Both the position numbers and the translations under genes were made by a program. Positions 60,804-64,000 of a stretch of 64,000 bases of DNA are shown here, piece after piece. The notes beneath the pieces were generated by a model. The model had not been told where the DNA came from, searched no databases, and saw only the letters and a program-made list of their open reading frames with translations. Location of the stretch: assembly GCA_002780005.1 (NCBI GenBank), contig PEWV01000025.1, positions 25,150-89,149 on the forward strand, read 5' to 3'. The stretch comes from Candidatus Aquitaenariimonas noxiae. GTDB taxonomy: Bacteria > Omnitrophota > Gorgyraeia > Aquitaenariimonadales > Aquitaenariimonadaceae. Position 1 is the first letter of the stretch. Each line of letters begins with the position of its first letter.

Positions 60804-61943
60804 TTATTGATTGAGATCGAAGCTGGCGCTGGTGCCAAAACCTATCCTAAGCGCGGTTAAGAACTCGTTTAAATTCCCGATAAAAGTTTTTGGAACATAC
60901 ACTATATCGCCGGTTTGAAGCTCTATATCGTTTTTGAGCTTTCCGTTCTGCACGATATCCAAAAGGTTAATTCTAATGACCTCTGCGTTTTCATTATTAA
61001 AAAATCGTTTCACGACTAAAACATTTTTTAGATAGGCATAATTCTGCCAGCTGCCTGCCAGGCTTACGGCCTTTAAAATCGTCATCCTAGTTTCATACGG
61101 ATATAGGCCGGGCTTATTAACCGCCCCCAATACAAAGATGCCTTTACTTGCCGAGCCGGTTATTATAACGCTAACCTCTGGCTTTCTCAATGTCCTGGAG
61201 AGTCTAAGCGAAACTTCCTGTGCTAATTTTTCTGTGGTAGAACCTTCAGCCTTTATGTCGCCTGCTAAAGGAAATGAAATGAAGCCGTCGGGTCTCACAA
61301 CAAGCGTTCGCAATAAATCCGGATGCTGCCATACTGATATTTCCAATTGGTCGCCGCGGTCAATCCTATACCGCTCTCCTACTGGAAATTTGCTTTCGTC
61401 AAAAAACTCCTGCCCTACGCTTTCATCCTTTTTTACATCGGCAATCTTTACCGCTGGCAATTCAACCGCTTCTGTTCTTTGAATAGCAGACTCGGGCGAT
61501 GAAACTGGCGCTGCCCGTAAGACTTCTCTGCCTAATCTAACCACTAATTTCTCCTCGCGCAGTATATCGTAACTAACAGGATTTTTCAGTTCAATAACTA
61601 TAAAATCCAAGGGATAGTACGACCTGTCCAATTCTGCCGGAATTTCCCCTTTGGCCTTAATTATAGAAACTGTTTTAACACTATTGTCTCCTGAAAAAAC
61701 TTTTTCATTTAGATTGGTATATACAACGCCTAGGGGGTCTATCACGATTCTTGAAGGCTTATCGAGCGCGTAGTCTAGGTATTCTACGGCTATATTCGCC
61801 GATATTCTGATCTCAGGAGATTCTTTATTAAAATCGATTTTGATGTCTTCTATTATGGGAATTCTTTCTTGAGCCATGAGGGTTGGAAATGATGAAAAAA
61901 AGCTAAGAAATAAAAACGCTATAATATAATATAATTTTCTCAT
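60804..61943 (-). CDS. wza: polysaccharide export outer-membrane/periplasmic protein (Wza-like: Poly_export plus SLBB domains)
   Basis: Signal peptide, then YRIDRGDQLEISVW.., ..VRPDGFISFPLAGDIKAEGSTTEKLAQEVSLRLS.. and a C-terminal SLBB-like GDIVYVP. Confidence 0.75.
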   Translation of the reverse strand: MRKLYYIIAFLFLSFFSSFPTLMAQERIPIIEDIKIDFNKESPEIRISANIAVEYLDYALDKPSRIVIDPLGVVYTNLNEKVFSGDNSVKTVSIIKAKGEIPAELDRSYYPLDFIVIELKNPVSYDILREEKLVVRLGREVLRAAPVSSPESAIQRTEAVELPAVKIADVKKDESVGQEFFDESKFPVGERYRIDRGDQLEISVWQHPDLLRTLVVRPDGFISFPLAGDIKAEGSTTEKLAQEVSLRLSRTLRKPEVSVIITGSASKGIFVLGAVNKPGLYPYETRMTILKAVSLAGSWQNYAYLKNVLVVKRFFNNENAEVIRINLLDIVQNGKLKNDIELQTGDIVYVPKTFIGNLNEFLTALRIGFGTSASFDLNQ

Positions 61944-62107
61944 AAGTATATTTTCCTTTTTTAGTTAAGAATCTACCTTTTTATAAAATTACAGAAAAAG
62001 TATACACCATAAGAGGGGTTTTGTCAAGAAGGTAGAATTAAAATGAAAGGATTGGTTAGCTTGTGGCTAAGTTAAAAAAAATTATGTTTTTTTATTACAA
62101 AATATAC

Positions 62108-64000
62108 TTATTTAGATTCTTCCTCTTTTTTAGCTACTTGGGCCTGCGCTATTATTGTACCTGCAATTTTAGCTGGCACTTCTTCATAATGCGAGAATTT
62201 CATTGTATAAGAACCCCGCCCCCCTGTCATAGAACGAAGTTCGGTGGCATATTTGAACATTTCAACAAGCGGTACCTGGGCCTGCACAGTTCCTGCACCC
62301 ATTCCCATTATTCTGCCTCTTCTGGCATTTATATTTCCCGTAACATCGCCCATATACTCTTCGGGAACTGTAATTTCAACGTCCATAATAGGCTCGAGCA
62401 AAACAGGGCCGGCTTCTAAGGTCGCTTTTCTGAATGCCATAGCACCCGCTATTTGAAATGCCATATCAGAAGAATCAACTTCGTGATACGAACCGTCGTA
62501 GAGAGTTACCCTAATGTCTGAAACGGGATAACCGGCTATAATACCTTCGCTCATAGCCTGAACTACGCCCTTTTCGACAGATGGTATATAGTTTCTGGGT
62601 ATAGCACCTCCGACTATATTATCAACAAATTCGAACCCTCCTCCTTTTGGCAAGGGCTCTACCTCCAGCCAAACATCGCCATATTGGCCGTGACCGCCTG
62701 TTTGTCTTTTATATTTTCCTTGGACTTTAGCGGTTTTCTTGATCGTTTCTTTATAAGCTACCTTTGGAGTTCCAAGCTCGACACCCACATTAAACCTGTC
62801 CTTAATACGATTGATCATAATTTCTATGTGCAGATCTCCGACCCCCGCCGCGATAAGCTCTTTTGTCTGAGCGTCTCTAGATATTCTAAATGTCGGATCT
62901 TCACTCGACATCTTATGAAGGGTAACTGAGATCTTATCCTCATCGCCTTTTGACTTGGGCTTTACCGAACGAGATATCGCCGGTTCAGGAAAAACTATCG
63001 GGTCAAAATTTATCTGTGCCTTCTCATCACAAATAGAGTCTCCCGTCTCTGTGGTCTTTAATTTTGTTACAGCAGCTATATCGCCGGCCTGGACAGACTC
63101 GACCCCTCGTTGTTCTTTACCATGAATAAAATATATTTGACCGATTCTTTCTTTAGTGGATTTGGAAGCATTATAGAATGATGTGTTTGAGGTAAGGTTT
63201 CCGGAAAAAACCCTGAATATGGTAAGCTGCCCTACATACGGATCCAGTATGGTCTTGAACACTTGAGCGCAAAACGGTTCGCTTACGCTTGGTTTTCTGG
63301 AAATTTCTTTGCCTTCAGCATCCTTGCCGACCTTAGGCTGACAGGCGGCCGGCGAAGGCATGTATTTTATAAGTGCCTCTGCAAGCTCTTTTACGCCGAT
63401 ATTGTTAGTAGCAGACCCGCAGCATACGGGAACTATATCGCCTCGCATGATCGAACCCATTAAACCCTTTTCAACTTCATCGGTAGTAAGCTCCCCACCT
63501 TCCAAATATTTTTCTATTAATTTATCATCACCCTCGGCTACGGTTTCCAGTAAGGCGTCCTTGTATTTTTTTGCATTCTCTTTATCTTCGCCGCTTAAAC
63601 TATTAATACCATCCGACGGTAAAAGGCTTACTACGCTCTTGAAAGAAGCCTCCTTACCTACGGGGAACGTCATGGCGACGCATTTCTTGCCGAATCTGTT
63701 CCTGATGGATTCTATTGTTTTAAAAAAGTCCGCATTTTCCTTATCTAGTTTATTTATAAATATAGCCCTTGGGGTATTTTTTTCGTTTAAAAGATTCCAT
63801 GCCTTGTCTGTCCCGACTTCGATACCGCCTATCGCGTCAACTACAATGATAGCGCTATCCGCGGCCTTAAGCCCGCTTATCAAATCTCCTATGAAATCGG
63901 CGTAACCGGGAATATCTATTAAATTTATCAGCTTATTATTAATCCGAGCCTGCAAGACGGATAAGCTGATAGAAACTTTTCTGTCTATTTCATCTTTACT
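62108..64000 (-). CDS. elongation factor G-family translational GTPase (C-terminal ~630 aa; N-terminus with G1 motif lies beyond the window end)
   Basis: TAA at 62108-62110. The ORF is open to the window edge, so the TTG at 63953 is only a longest-ORF boundary. G3 region NLIDIPGYADF, G4 FINKLD, G5 CCGSAT, and EF-G domains III-V (..LEPIMDVEITVPEEYMGDVTGNINARRGRI..). The conserved switch-II His is replaced by Tyr (DIPGY instead of DTPGH). Confidence 0.8.
   Translation of the reverse strand, partial: SKDEIDRKVSISLSVLQARINNKLINLIDIPGYADFIGDLISGLKAADSAIIVVDAIGGIEVGTDKAWNLLNEKNTPRAIFINKLDKENADFFKTIESIRNRFGKKCVAMTFPVGKEASFKSVVSLLPSDGINSLSGEDKENAKKYKDALLETVAEGDDKLIEKYLEGGELTTDEVEKGLMGSIMRGDIVPVCCGSATNNIGVKELAEALIKYMPSPAACQPKVGKDAEGKEISRKPSVSEPFCAQVFKTILDPYVGQLTIFRVFSGNLTSNTSFYNASKSTKERIGQIYFIHGKEQRGVESVQAGDIAAVTKLKTTETGDSICDEKAQINFDPIVFPEPAISRSVKPKSKGDEDKISVTLHKMSSEDPTFRISRDAQTKELIAAGVGDLHIEIMINRIKDRFNVGVELGTPKVAYKETIKKTAKVQGKYKRQTGGHGQYGDVWLEVEPLPKGGGFEFVDNIVGGAIPRNYIPSVEKGVVQAMSEGIIAGYPVSDIRVTLYDGSYHEVDSSDMAFQIAGAMAFRKATLEAGPVLLEPIMDVEITVPEEYMGDVTGNINARRGRIMGMGAGTVQAQVPLVEMFKYATELRSMTGGRGSYTMKFSHYEEVPAKIAGTIIAQAQVAKKEEESK

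Noticed and set aside
62040-62107. Rho-independent terminator after the EF-G-family gene
   Set aside because: The only candidate stem is an A8/T8 pairing with a small TTAGC/GCTAA hairpin. It is too weak and AT-only for me to call a terminator.

Overview
Every recognisable gene in this 64-kb window is on the minus strand. Left 34.7 kb (1..34656): a tandem, translationally coupled array of at least four paralogous giant genes (one partial at the left edge, then 3695, 4303 and 3381 aa). Each starts with a Sec-type signal peptide and a conserved N-terminal module, ends in a conserved ~175-aa C-terminal module, and carries a different mosaic of enzyme domains, and this array, not any classical large-protein family (NRPS/PKS, RTX, RHS), is the candidate novel system. 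Domains I could read from motifs: L-isoaspartyl methyltransferase, HD, an HxGH nucleotidyltransferase, HAD, GNAT, a SAM methyltransferase, a histidine-kinase core, an RsuA/RluB-type pseudouridine synthase, HEAT repeats and a lytic-transglycosylase-like region. Some of these modules are shared between paralogs as cassettes. Middle (34851..42888): housekeeping genes recJ, yajC, tgt, queA, a DUF2905 gene, queH, ruvB, ruvA, ruvC and yebC. Right (43066..61943): a TPR protein, then a ~17-kb Wzx/Wzy-type surface-polysaccharide biosynthesis and export locus, followed by a partial EF-G-family GTPase gene with an unusual switch-II His->Tyr change. No rRNA, tRNA, CRISPR array or transposase gene was recognised. 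Small palindromic repeat elements sit inside and upstream of the giant genes, and AGTGGTC-type repeat arrays sit in two intergenic gaps.
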